From assembly GCA_016776635.1 (NCBI GenBank), contig JADHSZ010000005.1, positions 5,857-69,856 of the forward strand: a stretch of 64,000 bases of DNA. Reading direction: 5' to 3'. Below are positions 1 through 12,689 of the stretch, piece by piece. The notes beneath the pieces were generated by a model. It had not been told where the DNA came from. It saw only the letters and a list, made by a program, of their open reading frames with translations, and did not search any database. The stretch is from Alphaproteobacteria bacterium. GTDB taxonomy: Bacteria > Pseudomonadota > Alphaproteobacteria > UBA11136. Position 1 is the stretch's first letter. Every line of letters starts with the position of its first letter. The position numbers and the translations under genes were made by a program.

Positions 1-110
1 GCCTCGTCGATATTTCTGATACCGCATTGCCCCAGCATCAGACGGACGAAAGAACGTATTTCCCTTTCGTCATCCACCACCAAAACCCGAAGATCAACCC
101 CGTCGCTCAT
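1..110 (-). CDS. Response regulator receiver domain protein, N-terminal fragment (gene runs off the left edge of the window)
   Basis: The reverse complement of 1-110 translates from ATG at 110 as MSDGVDLRVLVVDDEREIRSFVRLMLGQCGIRNIDE. The VLVVDDE acidic pocket is typical of CheY-like receivers. An AAGGAA Shine-Dalgarno sits 6 nt upstream. Confidence 0.5.
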   Translation of the reverse strand, partial: MSDGVDLRVLVVDDEREIRSFVRLMLGQCGIRNIDE

Positions 111-220
111 TTCCTTTCCCAAGCGATGACGTGAAGTCTCCCTGTGGATTCATATGGAGATTTATTCCCATATGGGAAGCGAATATACGCGAGCTTGAAA
201 CCCAGCCATGCGGAGCGCCC

Positions 221-562
221 CTATTTGAGGCGGCGCGTCACTGCCTTGTTGAGTTCGTCGAAGGCGGCGTCATCGAGGTCGAGAAAGCTGCAGGAGAGTT
301 CCTTGGCCTCGAGGCTGAAATGAACCACCACGGCCAAGGCCCGCACCGTCGTCCCCTCGCTGGTGGGCCCCGCAATACAGGTTACCATGAACTCGTTATC
401 GCGCCGCAGATCCCCTTCGTAGCCGGTGACGCGGAACCCCCCGAAGCCCCAGTCCAGGGTGGTGTATTGGGTGCCTGCGATGGTCACGCGCAGGGGGAAT
501 TCATACCGCCTGTCCTTGCGGGCCTCCTTGGAGAAATGACCGACCACTTTTCTCTTCGCCAT
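221..562 (-). CDS. PilZ-like domain protein (putative c-di-GMP binding)
   Basis: 113 aa ORF with an RxxxR-like motif (RKDRR) and a DxSxGG-like motif (LDWGFGG). Same strand and immediately upstream of the response regulator fragment. Confidence 0.4.
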   Translation of the reverse strand: MAKRKVVGHFSKEARKDRRYEFPLRVTIAGTQYTTLDWGFGGFRVTGYEGDLRRDNEFMVTCIAGPTSEGTTVRALAVVVHFSLEAKELSCSFLDLDDAAFDELNKAVTRRLK

Positions 563-649
563 TACAGACCGCTGCGGGTTGTTGAGGACGCGCTCCGGAC
601 CTGACGGCCCGGTTCCAGAGGCTTTTATAGCTCTATATTCCTAAAAAAA

Positions 650-713
650 CGACCCTTTTTCCGGAAATTTCCCTTTCGGGTGCGGAAAAAACAGGGAGAA
701 GCCGAAAGCCGAG
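650..713 (-). terminator. Possible rho-independent terminator downstream of typA
   Basis: On the minus strand a GGAAATTTCC / CCCGAAAGGG palindromic segment is followed by GTTTTTTT (plus-strand aaaaaaac at 642-649). Confidence 0.3.
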
Positions 714-2537
714 TTACCCGGTGGCGGCCTGGCGCGACTGGCGTTTGCGTTCATGGGGATCGAGCGCCCGCTTGCGCAGGCGGATGTGTTGGGGCGTCAC
801 CTCTACTAGTTCGTCGTCCTCGATATAGGCGATGGTCTGTTCCAACGACATGCGGCGCGGCGTGGTCAGGCGCACCGCCTCGTCGGTGCCCGAAGCCCGG
901 ATATTGGTGAGCTGTTTGGCCCTCATGGGGTTGACCTCAAGATCATCGCCACGGCTGTTCTCGCCGATAATCATGCCTTCGTAAACGGTGACGCCGGAAT
1001 CGATGAACAGGACGCCCCTCTCTTCCAGGTTCATCAGCCCATAGGCCACCGAGCTGCCCCCGGAGTTGGAGATCAGCACCCCGTTGCGGCGTCCGGCAAC
1101 GGGTCCGGCATGGGGGGCGTATTCCCGGAACACGCGGTTCATGATGCCGGTGCCCCGGGTTTCGGTCATGAATTCACCGTGATAACCGATCAGGCCCCGT
1201 GACGGCGCGACGAAACGCAGCCGCACCTTGCCGCCGCCCGAGGGGAGCATTTCCTCCATTCGGCCCTTGCGTTTGGAGATGGCCTCCACCACGGCGCCGG
1301 AAAATTCCTCATCCACGTCCACCAGTACATCCTCGAAGGGTTCCAGCAGCTTGCCTGTGTGGGAATCTTCGCGAGTCAGCACCCGGGGCCGGCTGATGGA
1401 CAACTCAAAGCCCTCGCGGCGCAGAGTTTCAATCAGGACGCCGAGCTGCAATTCGCCGCGGCCCGCCACCTCGAAGCCGTTGCCGTCCTCGGTTTCGCGC
1501 ACACGGATGGCCACATTGCCTTCGGCCTCGGCCATCAGCCGCGCGCGGATGACCCGTGAGGTTATCTTTTTGCCGTCGCGTCCGGCCAGCGGCGAATCGT
1601 TGATGGAAAACACCATGGCCAGGGTCGGCGGGTCCACCGGATCGGCGGGGATGGGATCGCTGACCTCGAGATCGCACAGGGTATCGGCCACGGTGGTCTC
1701 CGGAAAGCCGGCGATGGAGACGATGTCGCCGGCCTGGGCCGATGTGACCTCGGCGCGGGACGGCCCGCGAAAGGCCTGTATCTTGGTGACGCGCGCCTGT
1801 TCTATCTTGGCGCCGTCGCGGTTCAACGCCTGTATGGTGGTATTGGCCGCGAGCGCGCCCGAGGCGATACGCCCGGTCAGCACCCGGCCCAGATAAGGGT
1901 CGCTTTCGAGCGTCGTCACCAGCATGCGGAAGGGGCCGTCGGTTTCCACGTCGGGGGCCGGGACGTACTCCACCACCTTATCGAACAAACAGGCCATGTC
2001 ATCGCCGCGAATATCCGATTCCGTGGACGCCCAGCCCTCCTTGGCCGAGGCGAACAGGGTGGGGAAATCGAGCTGTTCCTCGTTGGCATCAAGCAGCGCG
2101 AAGAGGTCGAAGACCTCGTCATGGACCGCATCGGGGCGGGCGTCGGGCTTGTCGATCTTGTTGACCACGACGATGGGCCTGAGACCCAGCGCCAGCGCCT
2201 TCTGGGTGACGAATTTGGTCTGCGGCATGGGGCCCTCGGAAGCGTCCACCAGCAACAGCACGCCGTCCACCATGCCGAGAATGCGCTCCACCTCGCCGCC
2301 GAAATCGGCATGGCCGGGGGTGTCGACGATGTTGATGCGCACGCCCTTCCATTCCACCGAGGCGCATTTGGCGAGAATGGTGATGCCCCGTTCCCGCTCC
2401 TGGTCGTTGCTGTCCATGATCCGTTCGGCCACCTCTTGGTTTTCGCGGAACTGGCCGCTTTGATGCAGCAGCGCGTCCACCAGGGTGGTCTTGCCGTGGT
2501 CCACATGGGCGATGATGGCGATATTGCGGATATCCAA
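714..2537 (-). CDS. typA: Translational GTPase TypA/BipA
   Basis: [20 protein letters not shown]1 motif, [24 protein letters not shown], and the TypA C-terminal domain. The six-frame ORF extends to 2687, but its Pro/Thr-rich N-terminal extension is implausible. The start is assigned to TTG at 2537 (MDIRNIAII), which has AAGGAT about 9 nt upstream. Confidence 0.88.
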   Translation of the reverse strand: MDIRNIAIIAHVDHGKTTLVDALLHQSGQFRENQEVAERIMDSNDQERERGITILAKCASVEWKGVRINIVDTPGHADFGGEVERILGMVDGVLLLVDASEGPMPQTKFVTQKALALGLRPIVVVNKIDKPDARPDAVHDEVFDLFALLDANEEQLDFPTLFASAKEGWASTESDIRGDDMACLFDKVVEYVPAPDVETDGPFRMLVTTLESDPYLGRVLTGRIASGALAANTTIQALNRDGAKIEQARVTKIQAFRGPSRAEVTSAQAGDIVSIAGFPETTVADTLCDLEVSDPIPADPVDPPTLAMVFSINDSPLAGRDGKKITSRVIRARLMAEAEGNVAIRVRETEDGNGFEVAGRGELQLGVLIETLRREGFELSISRPRVLTREDSHTGKLLEPFEDVLVDVDEEFSGAVVEAISKRKGRMEEMLPSGGGKVRLRFVAPSRGLIGYHGEFMTETRGTGIMNRVFREYAPHAGPVAGRRNGVLISNSGGSSVAYGLMNLEERGVLFIDSGVTVYEGMIIGENSRGDDLEVNPMRAKQLTNIRASGTDEAVRLTTPRRMSLEQTIAYIEDDELVEVTPQHIRLRKRALDPHERKRQSRQAATG

Positions 2538-2646
2538 GGTCTTAAAATCCTTCGTCAAAAACTGTGCATACGGCTGCCGCCTTATGGGGGGCGTCCGGGG
2601 TGGTGGGAACGGTGTCGGGGTTGGCGATGGTGTGGAACTGGTAGTG

Positions 2647-2697
2647 CGGGCGCAGGCCCGGTGCGGGCACAGGCCCGGTGCGGGCATAGGCCCGGTG
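2647..2697. repeat. 3 x 17-bp perfect-phase tandem repeat (gcgggcRYaggcccggt) in the typA upstream region
   Basis: Direct reading: gcgggcgcaggcccggt / gcgggcacaggcccggt / gcgggcataggcccggt. Confidence 0.7.
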
Positions 2698-2880
2698 AGC
2701 GCTTCATATAGGCTTTCGGTCGAGGTTAATCAAGACCGGGCGTGTCTCAGAGGACGGACGGGGGAAGTAATGTTAGTGGTGGGTGCGGAGGGCGGACTGT
2801 CCTCGCTTCGCTCGTTCATCTCCGCTGACGCTCCGATGCCAAACCGCGCGGTTCTCGTCCGGCTCTTTTCATTACCAATA

Positions 2881-2917
2881 AATAACCCCGGTCTCGTGAG
2901 AGGCCGGGGTTATTTAT
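2881..2917 (-). terminator. Hairpin immediately 3' of tRNA-Met (putative terminator or processing structure)
   Basis: Inverted repeat AATAACCCCGG...CCGGGGTTATT (11-bp stem) directly abutting the tRNA CCA end. No strong U-tract follows. Confidence 0.4.
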
Positions 2918-2994
2918 TGGTAGCGGAGGGCGGACTCGAACCGCCGACACCCGGATTATGATTCCGGTGCTCTAACCAACTGAGCTACTCCGCC
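2918..2994 (-). tRNA. tRNA-Met (anticodon CAU; elongator type, or possibly tRNA-Ile2/lysidine)
   Basis: Reverse complement is GGCGGAGTAGCTCAGTTGGTTAGAGCACCGGAATCATAATCCGGGTGTCGGCGGTTCGAGTCCGCCCTCCGCTACCA. It has a cloverleaf with a GGTTCGAGTCC T-arm, a CAT anticodon in a 7-nt loop, a G1-C72 pair (so not an initiator), and an encoded CCA. Confidence 0.9.
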
Positions 2995-3049
2995 ACAGAG
3001 GTACAGATAGTAGAGTGAAGTGGCGTATACGCCGGGGAGGCCGGGACTG

Positions 3050-4189
3050 TCAAGCCGCCGCCTGGCGAGCGATCCAGCCGCCGCCGAGCACCCGCTCGCC
3101 GTCATAGAAGACACAGGCCTGGCCCGGGGCAACACCGGCCTGGGGTATGTCCAGGGCCACCTCGGCGCCATTTTCATGACCATAAAGGGTGGCCGCCGCC
3201 GCCGGCTGGGCCGAGCGCAGCTTGACCGAGACCTTCATGCCCTCAGGAGGAATGCGCGAACCCGGCCCCAGCCAGTTGACTTCGCGCACGCGCAGGCGGG
3301 CGCATTTCAATGCCTCGAGCGGGCCCACCGTGACCTGGGCGGCCTCGGGGTCGAGACCCACCACGTAGAGCGGCGCGCCGTCGCCGTCTTTCGTGCCGCC
3401 GATACCCAGCCCCTTGCGCTGGCCCACGGTGTAATGGATGACGCCCTGGTGGCGGCCCAAAACAGAACCGTCCACGGAGACGATATCGCCGGGCCGCGCG
3501 GCGCCGGGACGCAACTTCGCCACCAGGTTGCCGTAATCGCCGTCGGGCACGAAACAGATATCCTGGCTGTCGGGCTTGGCGCTGACGGGGAGCCGGAACT
3601 TGCGCGCCAGCCCCCGGGTCGAGGTCTTTTCCATGTCGCCTAAGGGAAAGCGCAGAAGGTCGAGCTGGGGCCTGGTGGTGGCGAAGAGGAAATAGCTCTG
3701 GTCGCGCGAGGGGTCGGCGCCCTTCAGCAGTTCCGGGCCGTCCGCGCCGTCCGTGCGGCGCACGTAATGGCCGGTGGCCAGGGCATGGGCGCCGATATCC
3801 ATGGCGGTGTCGAGGAGGTCGCGGAACTTCACCGTCTGGTTACAGCGTATGCAGGGAATCGGGGTTTCGCCCTGGATATAGCTGTCGGCGAAATCCTCGA
3901 TCACGCCCTCGCGGAAACGGGATTCGTAATTAAGCACGTAATGGGGAATGCCCATATGGTCGGCCACCCGGCGCGCATCGTGGATGTCCTCGGCGGCGCA
4001 GCAGGTTCCGGGACGCATCACCGCCTCCCCGTGGTCGTAGAGCTGGAGCGTAATGCCCACCACGTCATAGCCTTGGTCCACGAGCATGGCGGCGGTCACC
4101 GCGCTGTCGACGCCGCCCGACATGGCCACCACCACCCGCGTTTCCGCCGGAGGCCGGTCAAAACCCAGAGAATTAATGGGGTCATTCAT
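3050..4189 (-). CDS. mnmA: tRNA-specific 2-thiouridylase MnmA
   Basis: N-terminal PP-loop [13 protein letters not shown], conserved catalytic Cys residues, and 379 aa length. Downstream of the isc operon. Confidence 0.9.
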   Translation of the reverse strand: MNDPINSLGFDRPPAETRVVVAMSGGVDSAVTAAMLVDQGYDVVGITLQLYDHGEAVMRPGTCCAAEDIHDARRVADHMGIPHYVLNYESRFREGVIEDFADSYIQGETPIPCIRCNQTVKFRDLLDTAMDIGAHALATGHYVRRTDGADGPELLKGADPSRDQSYFLFATTRPQLDLLRFPLGDMEKTSTRGLARKFRLPVSAKPDSQDICFVPDGDYGNLVAKLRPGAARPGDIVSVDGSVLGRHQGVIHYTVGQRKGLGIGGTKDGDGAPLYVVGLDPEAAQVTVGPLEALKCARLRVREVNWLGPGSRIPPEGMKVSVKLRSAQPAAAATLYGHENGAEVALDIPQAGVAPGQACVFYDGERVLGGGWIARQAAA

Positions 4190-4243
4190 TGCCGGAATAT
4201 GGGGCTTACGGGAACCGGAAACAAGGATTCGTCGCAGTGACGC

Positions 4244-4444
4244 TCAGTCCCGTTCCTCGATCCAGGCGGCCTGGATGGCTTCGAGGATTTTCTCGTTGGA
4301 GCGTTCGGGGTCATCGTCGAAACCGGGAAGTTCCGTAACCCAGCGGTGAAGGTCGGTGAAGCGAAGGTTTACGTTATCCACCTCGGGGTGGCGTTCCTCG
4401 AGCTCGATGGCGATATCGTGGATATCGGTCCAGCGCAGACCCAT
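4244..4444 (-). CDS. iscX: Fe-S assembly protein IscX
   Basis: 66 aa: MGLRWTDIHDIAIELEERHPEVDNVNLRFTDLHRWVTELPGFDDDPERSNEKILEAIQAAW. Closely resembles E. coli IscX/YfhJ. Confidence 0.8.
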   Translation of the reverse strand: MGLRWTDIHDIAIELEERHPEVDNVNLRFTDLHRWVTELPGFDDDPERSNEKILEAIQAAWIEERD

Positions 4445-4448
4445 GGGA

Positions 4449-4781
4449 TCAGTCCACCATCATGTTGCGGGTAGAGGCCGGCAGGGTCACGGTGAGCCCG
4501 TCGAGCTCGGGGGTGATGATGATCTGGCAGCCCAGCCGCGAGGTATGGGTCAGCCCCCAGGCGAGGTCGAGCATGTCTTCCTCGTCTTCGGTGGCTTCCT
4601 TTAATTTGCCGTAATAGGAGAGATCCACCACCACATGGCAGGTGGAACAGGCCAGCGAGCCCTCGCAGGCGCCTTCGAGCTCGATATTGTTGCGGTGGGC
4701 GATTTCGAGCACGGACAGGCCCTCGGGCGCGTCTACTTCGTGGCGGTTTCCGTCGGCGTCGATGAAAGTCATTTTAGGCAT
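4449..4781 (-). CDS. fdx: [2Fe-2S] ferredoxin, ISC-type (adrenodoxin family)
   Basis: [12 protein letters not shown]...C cysteine motif, 110 aa, positioned after hscA. Confidence 0.85.
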   Translation of the reverse strand: MPKMTFIDADGNRHEVDAPEGLSVLEIAHRNNIELEGACEGSLACSTCHVVVDLSYYGKLKEATEDEEDMLDLAWGLTHTSRLGCQIIITPELDGLTVTLPASTRNMMVD

Positions 4782-4868
4782 GGGAAATGTTTTTTCTGTT
4801 GGAAATGGGGTGAACTTTATCTTCGATCCTTAACAACCACAGGCGGGCACGGGCGGCAAGTTCAAGAT

Positions 4869-6860
<1,992 letters not shown>

Positions 6861-6867
6861 GATGGTC

Positions 6868-7629
6868 TCAGGTGGTTTGGGAAAAACGGATGCGGGCGGC
6901 GCGCAGTTCGTCTTCGAATTTCATCAGGTATTTGAGCCGGGTGGTGAGGCGGTCGGCGGCGGAGAGGTCGCTGGTGTTGAAGGCCTCGGCCAACTCCGCC
7001 AGACAATCGGTCTTTTCGCGCGTTGCCACGGCGGCGATGGTTTCCACCTGATCGGAGGTTTCAGCCTCCGCCAGGGCCTCGCGCTGTTCCATGGCCTCCA
7101 TCAGCAGCACCGGGTCGCTCATGGTGTTGCAGCCCTCGGCGTGGATGGTGACGCCCTGCATTTCCAGCAGGGCGATGGCGCGCTTCACGGGATCCTGAAG
7201 GGTTTCATAGGCAAGGTTGATGTCGGCGGTCAGCGCCACGGAAATGGCCCGCTCGCGGGAGGTTTTGGTGGCGAAGCGGTCGGGGTGAAGGCGCCGTTGC
7301 AGATCGAAATAGCAGCGGTCCAGATGCTCCGGCGCCACCTCGAATCCGGGTTCCAGATCGAGCCGGGTAAAGGGGTCCACCGGGCGCGGCGGCTGGATCG
7401 CCTCGCAGGTATCGCAGAACAGATCCCCCGCCGTTACCGGGCCGCGGCACGACCAGCAGGCGGTGACCCCCGCCGGCGTCATGGCTTCCACCGAACCCGA
7501 AGAAGAATCCGGAGAAGAAGCCGGTTGTCCAGATGCCGATGAAGCGGCATCGGAAAGCGGCGCGGCCTCAGCCACACCGTTATCGTCGGGCTCCTGGTCG
7601 GGGAGATTTTTTGCTGTCTTATCCATCAT
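6868..7629 (-). CDS. hscB: Fe-S co-chaperone HscB with N-terminal CxxC...CxxC zinc-finger-like segment
   Basis: J-domain-like segment and HscB C-terminal helical domain. N-terminus has CWSC...CDTC and a Ser/Pro-rich low-complexity leader. Confidence 0.75.
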   Translation of the reverse strand: MMDKTAKNLPDQEPDDNGVAEAAPLSDAASSASGQPASSPDSSSGSVEAMTPAGVTACWSCRGPVTAGDLFCDTCEAIQPPRPVDPFTRLDLEPGFEVAPEHLDRCYFDLQRRLHPDRFATKTSRERAISVALTADINLAYETLQDPVKRAIALLEMQGVTIHAEGCNTMSDPVLLMEAMEQREALAEAETSDQVETIAAVATREKTDCLAELAEAFNTSDLSAADRLTTRLKYLMKFEDELRAARIRFSQTT

Positions 7630-7668
7630 GGTCTGGGGAAAACGGAAGTGCCGCGCCGGGCGCGTCCC

Positions 7669-8067
7669 TTATACGTGAAAGGACTCGCCACAGCCGCAGC
7701 GTCCTTTCTCGTTGGGATTATTGAAAACGAAACCGGACTGGAGGCCGTCCTCGACGAAATCCATTTCGGTGCCGATCAGGAACATGATGGCCTTGGGGTC
7801 AATGAACACCGTGACCCCGTCCTGTTCCACCACGTCGTCATGGGGTTCCTTCGCGTCGGCGAATTCCAGCGTATAGGACATGCCCGAACAACCCTTGGAG
7901 TTGATGCCGACGCGGATTCCAGCCGAGGGCTTGCCGCGGCCGTCCAACAATTCCCTGACCCTGCCCATGGCAGCCGGAGTGATGGACATCAGCCCCGCTG
8001 TGGCCTGTGGGGCCGGCGCGGCCTCGTCTTTTGTGGCCTGGGAATCTTTCTGGGGAGCATCCTGCAT
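7669..8067 (-). CDS. iscA: Fe-S cluster insertion protein IscA (HesB family)
   Basis: GIRVGINSKGCSGMSY and C-terminal CGCGESF motifs. The start may instead be the internal ATG at 7989 (MSITPAAM), which would give about 106 aa. Confidence 0.8.
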   Translation of the reverse strand: MQDAPQKDSQATKDEAAPAPQATAGLMSITPAAMGRVRELLDGRGKPSAGIRVGINSKGCSGMSYTLEFADAKEPHDDVVEQDGVTVFIDPKAIMFLIGTEMDFVEDGLQSGFVFNNPNEKGRCGCGESFHV

Positions 8068-8112
8068 GGCGTTTCTCTGGTTCCTGTTCGCTCTGTTTAA
8101 CCCGCGAAAGAG

Positions 8113-8553
8113 CTAGGCGGAGCGGGCTTCTTCCGCATCAGCGGCGTCCGTGGCGTCGGCGTCGTCCGCCGTCCCGCCGTGTTTGGTCTTGTAATCTTCC
8201 ACCGCCGCCTTAATAGCGTCCTCGGCCAGGACCGAGCAATGAATCTTTACCGGCGGCAAGGCGAGTTCTTCGGCGATTTCGGTATTCTTGATGTCGGAAG
8301 CCTGGTCCAGGCTCTTGCCTTTGACCCATTCGGTGATGAGCGAGCTTGAGGCGATGGCCGAGCCACAGCCGAAGGTCTTGAACTTGGCGTCCTCGATGAT
8401 GCCTTCGGGCGTGACCTTGATCTGCAGTTTCATCACGTCGCCGCAAGCCGGGGCGCCCACCAGCCCGGTGCCCACCTGGGCATCCTTCTTGTCCATGGAC
8501 CCCACGTTGCGGGGATTGTCGTAATGGTCGATCAGTTTGTTGCTGTAGGACAT
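8113..8553 (-). CDS. iscU: Fe-S cluster scaffold IscU
   Basis: MSYSNKLIDHYDNPRNVGS, GAPACGDVMKL, LPPVKIHCSVLAEDAIKAA, plus an acidic C-terminal tail. Confidence 0.9.
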   Translation of the reverse strand: MSYSNKLIDHYDNPRNVGSMDKKDAQVGTGLVGAPACGDVMKLQIKVTPEGIIEDAKFKTFGCGSAIASSSLITEWVKGKSLDQASDIKNTEIAEELALPPVKIHCSVLAEDAIKAAVEDYKTKHGGTADDADATDAADAEEARSA

Positions 8554-8619
8554 GTCTTTCTCTCTCTCTACCTTAAAAAGGTTTTTCCTTGTTGTTTCAC
8601 AATCGGTTTTAATGAGCCG

Positions 8620-9840
8620 TCAATGGGCGGCCCATTCGATTGAAGCGATGTCGATTCCTTCCTGCGCCATTTCCCAAAGCGGGCTCAACTCACGCAGTTT
8701 CTTCACCTGGGTAACGATTTCATCCACCGCCGCGTCCACCTCTTCCTCGGTGGTGAAGCGCCCCAGCCCCAGGCGCAGGCTGGTATGGGCCAGATCCTCG
8801 GTGACGCCCAAGGCGCGCAGCACGTAGGACGGCTCCAGCGAGGCCGAGGTACAGGCCGACCCCGACGACACACAAAGATTCTTGATTCCCATCATCAGCG
8901 ATTCGCCTTCCACGTAGGCGAAGCTGAGATTGAGATTTCCGGGAATGCGCTGGTCGAGGTCGCCGTTGATATAGACCTCGGGCAGTTGGTCGGTGATGCC
9001 CAGGTAAAGGCGGTCGCGCAGATAGTGCAGGCGTTCGGATTCCTGGGCCATTTCCCTGCCCGCGATGGCGCAGGCCTCGCCCAGCCCGACGCAGAGCGGC
9101 GTCGGCAGCGTACCCGAGCGCATGCCCCGTTCCTGGCCGCCGCCACTGAACAGCGGGGTCAGCCGCACCCGGGGCTTGCGGCGCACGTAAAGGGCGCCCA
9201 CGCCCTTGGGCCCGTAAACCTTGTGGGCCGAGATGCTCATCAGGTCGATGTTCATTTCGTTGACGTCGAGGGGAATCTTGCCCACCGCCTGGGCGCAGTC
9301 GCTGTGGAAGAAAACGCCCTTCTCGCGGCAGATGGCGCCGATCTCGGCCATGGGCTGGATGACGCCGATCTCGTTATTGACCCCCATGATGGAAACCAGG
9401 GCGGTCTGGTCGGTGATGGTCTGGCGCAGATTGTCGAGGTCGATGAGACCGTTCTTGGCCACATGCAGATAGGTCACTTCACAGCCTTCCTGGCCCATAT
9501 GGCGGCAGGATTCGAGCACGCATTTATGCTCGGTGGCGCAGGTGATGATGTGATTCTTGCGGTCCTTGTAGAAACGGCCCACGCCCTTGATGGCGAGATT
9601 GTTGGATTCGGTGGCGCCGGAGGTGAAGATGATTTCCTTGGGGTCAGCGCCGATAAGGGCCGCGATTTCGGAGCGCGCCTTTTCCACCGCGTCTTCCGCT
9701 TCCCAGCCGTAGGCATGATTGCGGGAATGGGGATTGCCGAACTTCTCGGTGAGAAAGGGCATCATCACGTCGAGCACGCGGGGGTCCGTGGGCGTGGTCG
9801 CCTGGTAGTCGAGATAGATCGGTTTCCCGGCCTTTTTCAT
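8620..9840 (-). CDS. iscS: Cysteine desulfurase IscS
   Basis: PLP-dependent class V aminotransferase with SSGSACTS active-site Cys loop and [12 protein letters not shown] lysine motif. The start is set at ATG 9840 ([17 protein letters not shown]), which has AAGGAAA upstream. The ORF-track extension to 9978 is not supported. Confidence 0.88.
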   Translation of the reverse strand: MKKAGKPIYLDYQATTPTDPRVLDVMMPFLTEKFGNPHSRNHAYGWEAEDAVEKARSEIAALIGADPKEIIFTSGATESNNLAIKGVGRFYKDRKNHIITCATEHKCVLESCRHMGQEGCEVTYLHVAKNGLIDLDNLRQTITDQTALVSIMGVNNEIGVIQPMAEIGAICREKGVFFHSDCAQAVGKIPLDVNEMNIDLMSISAHKVYGPKGVGALYVRRKPRVRLTPLFSGGGQERGMRSGTLPTPLCVGLGEACAIAGREMAQESERLHYLRDRLYLGITDQLPEVYINGDLDQRIPGNLNLSFAYVEGESLMMGIKNLCVSSGSACTSASLEPSYVLRALGVTEDLAHTSLRLGLGRFTTEEEVDAAVDEIVTQVKKLRELSPLWEMAQEGIDIASIEWAAH

Positions 9841-9890
9841 CACTTTTTTTTCCTTTGTTTTCTCAAGAGTATTCATCTGGGGTTTCTTCT

Positions 9891-11090
9891 TCAGGCGGCC
9901 TTGGTGGATCTGGCGGGTTCGGTAGAGTCTGTAGGCTTGGCGGCTTGCCCCCCCTTGCGGGAATAAAGCGCGCCCCAAGCCTGGAGGAAATGGTCAATAT
10001 GGGCTTTTTCACTGCTCCAGCCGAGGCTCACGCGGATCGCGCATGCAGCCCGGTCCTGGTCCACGCCCATGGCGTGCAGCACCCGCGAGGGAGCGACCTT
10101 GCCCGAGGAACAGGCGGCGCCGGCAGAGACCGCCACGCCTTCGAGATCGAGCGCCATCACCTGGGTCTCGGCGAGGACGCCGGGCATGGTGAAACAGGAG
10201 GTGTTGAGCAGGCGCGGTACGGCGCTCCCGAAAATCTCGACTTCCGGCGCCAGTTCGCGGATGCCCGATTCAAGGCCGTCGCGCAGAGAAGCAAGCCGGC
10301 CAGCGCCGGCCAGCCCCTCGCGGGCCAGTTCCGCCGCCAGACCGAAACCGGCGATGGCGGCCACGTTTTCGGTGCCGGCGCGCAAGCCGCGTTCCTGGCC
10401 GCCGCCGTGGATTAACGGCGAGGCCCGCAATGCCGGTGTCTTGCTCAGGATCAAGGCGCCCGCGCCCTGTGGTCCGCCCAGCTTGTGGGAGGAAAGGGTC
10501 AGCAGGTCAATCCCCAGCGCGTCCATATCCACGGGAATTTTTCCCGCCGCCTGTACCGCATCGCAGTGGACCAGCGCGCCGAAAGCATGGGCCAGCTCCG
10601 CCACCTCGCGCAAGGGGCTGATGACGCCGGTCTCGTTATTGGCCAGCATGACCGAGACCAGGATCGGTGCTGTTGAGTCCTCGCGCAGCCGGGTCAGCCG
10701 CTGGCGCAGGTTTTCAAGATCAATTATGCCGTCGCGGCCCACGGGAATCTGTTGCGCATCGGGCGCGGCGGCGATCACCGAGTCATGCTCCACCGCGGAA
10801 ACCAGAATGGTGGCGTCATGGTCCCGGCTCATGCAATGTAACGCCTGATTGTTGGCTTCGGTGCCGCCGCTGGTGAACACCACCCGGGAGGGGCTTGCCC
10901 CCACCAGGGCCGCCAGCTGGACACGCGCAGTCTCGACCCGGTGCCGCGCGGCGCGTCCGAATCCATGCACCGAAGAGGCATTGCCCGTCTCGGTCAGGGC
11001 CTCGGCCATGAGGGAGCGGACCTGAGGCAGCAGAGGCGCCCCGGCATTGAAATCGAGATAGGTTGACTGGTTGTTACCCGTCATGGTCAT
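9891..11090 (-). CDS. Second cysteine desulfurase (NifS-like, class I)
   Basis: [39 protein letters not shown]. 399 aa. Tandem with iscS. Confidence 0.8.
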   Translation of the reverse strand: MTMTGNNQSTYLDFNAGAPLLPQVRSLMAEALTETGNASSVHGFGRAARHRVETARVQLAALVGASPSRVVFTSGGTEANNQALHCMSRDHDATILVSAVEHDSVIAAAPDAQQIPVGRDGIIDLENLRQRLTRLREDSTAPILVSVMLANNETGVISPLREVAELAHAFGALVHCDAVQAAGKIPVDMDALGIDLLTLSSHKLGGPQGAGALILSKTPALRASPLIHGGGQERGLRAGTENVAAIAGFGLAAELAREGLAGAGRLASLRDGLESGIRELAPEVEIFGSAVPRLLNTSCFTMPGVLAETQVMALDLEGVAVSAGAACSSGKVAPSRVLHAMGVDQDRAACAIRVSLGWSSEKAHIDHFLQAWGALYSRKGGQAAKPTDSTEPARSTKAA

Positions 11091-11128
11091 GCATTCCCAG
11101 CAGAGATGGTTTTCTTTATTCCGGCCGT

Positions 11129-11632
11129 CTAACGGTTGGCCGCCACGGCGACCTCTTCCAGGGTCTTGGCGCTATCGCCCGCCGGGAACTGGGACACCTG
11201 GGCCAGCTGGGGGCTTGTGGCGATACGGCCCTCGCAGATATCGGCCACCGATACGGAACTGAGATACATATGAATCTGATGGCCCAGTTCCTCCCACAGG
11301 TCGTGGGTCAGACAGCGCGTCTTGTTGCTGCGGCAGCCCGAAGGTACGCCGGGCATACAACGGGTGGCGCGGATGGGTTCATCCACAGCCAGGATAATGT
11401 CCGAAATGCGGGTCTGTTCCGGGGCATGGGCCAGCATGTAGCCGCCGCCGGGTCCGCGAACGCTTTTGACCAGACCGCCCTTGCGCAGACGGGCGAAGAG
11501 TTGTTCGAGGTAGGAAAGAGATATTTCCTGACTTTCGGCGATATCCGCCAGCGCCACAGGCTTGCCGAGACTGCGGTTGGCGAGATCGACCATGGCCATT
11601 ACGGCGTATCGTCCCTTGGTGCTTAGTCTCAT
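11129..11632 (-). CDS. iscR: Rrf2-family Fe-S cluster regulator IscR
   Basis: [21 protein letters not shown] region, Cys cluster C-x5-C-x5-C ([17 protein letters not shown]). Its start overlaps the cysE stop (ATGA). Confidence 0.85.
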   Translation of the reverse strand: MRLSTKGRYAVMAMVDLANRSLGKPVALADIAESQEISLSYLEQLFARLRKGGLVKSVRGPGGGYMLAHAPEQTRISDIILAVDEPIRATRCMPGVPSGCRSNKTRCLTHDLWEELGHQIHMYLSSVSVADICEGRIATSPQLAQVSQFPAGDSAKTLEEVAVAANR

Positions 11633-12381
11633 CGTCTTTCTCCTTTCACGGAATCATCCGTGTTGTCGTCGTCAAAATCGACAGTGATGGAATCGGGCTT
11701 GTTTTTGAGTTGGCGTTCCAGGTCTTCGATACGCGCCGACATGGTGGCCACCTGTTCGAGAAGGCCGTCAACGGCGCGCGCCATGGGATCGGGGGCGTCG
11801 AGATCGGGCGCGCCATAGGCGGCGAACTGGCCGCTTTTGGTGGCGGAGCGCGGAACCACCACGCGGGCGGGAATACCGACCACCGAAACACCCGGGGGAA
11901 TATCGTGCAGCGCCACGGCGTTGGCGCCCACGCGGGCACCGGCGCCCACCGTGATGGGGCCGAGAATCTGGGCCCCGGAACCGATAATGACGCCGTCTTC
12001 GAGGGTGGGATGGCGTTTCTGGTTTACCTGGGAGGAGCTGTCCACCGCCGGGGCGATTCCGCCCAGGGTCACAGCATGATAGAGAGTGACGTCATCGCCG
12101 ATCTCGGAAGTTTCGCCGATAACCAGACCGGCACCGTGGTCAATGACAAAGCGCCGTCCGATGACGGCGCCTGGATGAATTTCGATTCCGGTAAAAAGGC
12201 GGGAAATGGTGGAGAGAAAGCGGGCGGTGAGCTTCCAGCCGCGAACCCAGAGGGCATGGGCCTGGCGATGCATGAGAACCGCGTGGAAACCCGGATAGAG
12301 CAGGCCCACCTCGAGCTTCGACCGCGCCGCCGGGTCGCGCTCCATAACCGACTGAATATCTTCACGAATGGTCTTGAACAT
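11629..12381 (-). CDS. cysE: Serine O-acetyltransferase
   Basis: Hexapeptide-repeat region [38 protein letters not shown] and the N-terminal SATase helical domain. Confidence 0.85.
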   Translation of the reverse strand: MFKTIREDIQSVMERDPAARSKLEVGLLYPGFHAVLMHRQAHALWVRGWKLTARFLSTISRLFTGIEIHPGAVIGRRFVIDHGAGLVIGETSEIGDDVTLYHAVTLGGIAPAVDSSSQVNQKRHPTLEDGVIIGSGAQILGPITVGAGARVGANAVALHDIPPGVSVVGIPARVVVPRSATKSGQFAAYGAPDLDAPDPMARAVDGLLEQVATMSARIEDLERQLKNKPDSITVDFDDDNTDDSVKGERR

Positions 12382-12549
12382 TGCCGTCCCGAATATGATA
12401 TGATCCCCAGACGTTGGCCGTCGGGTACCGATTAGCTGGCGAACCCCGGTTTAAACTCCGGTTTCTCCCGTTGCCCCAGTCCTTGGCGCAAAGCCTTGGT
12501 TTTCAGGGGTGTGGCGGGAAAAAACCCACCTTTCATAGGGGCATATAAT

Positions 12550-12574
12550 AAACCCGACTAATTTAGTCAAGTTT
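12550..12574. promoter_or_regulatory. IscR type-1 binding site (aaaCCCGACTAATTTAGTCAAGttt)
   Basis: Matches 23 of 25 positions of the type-1 consensus ATASYYGACTRWWWYAGTCRRSTAT, with a perfect GACTA-N3-TAGTC core. About 180 bp upstream of the cysE-iscR operon start and 115 bp upstream of the divergent hydrolase gene. Confidence 0.6.
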
Positions 12575-12689
12575 TATCTCACATAATTCGTCGCGGGGTC
12601 GCACGGAGACCCTGTTTTTTTCGCTCACAGGCGCGTCAAACGCGCTGTTTCCCTGGTGTTCGCGGAACATCAGATGGACGGGAGGCATT

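Noticed and set aside
2538-2687. N-terminal 50-aa extension of typA in the ORF track
   Set aside because: Pro/Thr/Ser-rich translation of the 17-bp tandem repeat. The conserved TypA N-terminus begins at the TTG at 2537, which has an AAGGAT Shine-Dalgarno.
8785-9966. 393-aa plus-strand ORF
   Set aside because: Antisense to iscS (clear PLP-desulfurase motifs on the minus strand). No motifs, low-complexity composition.
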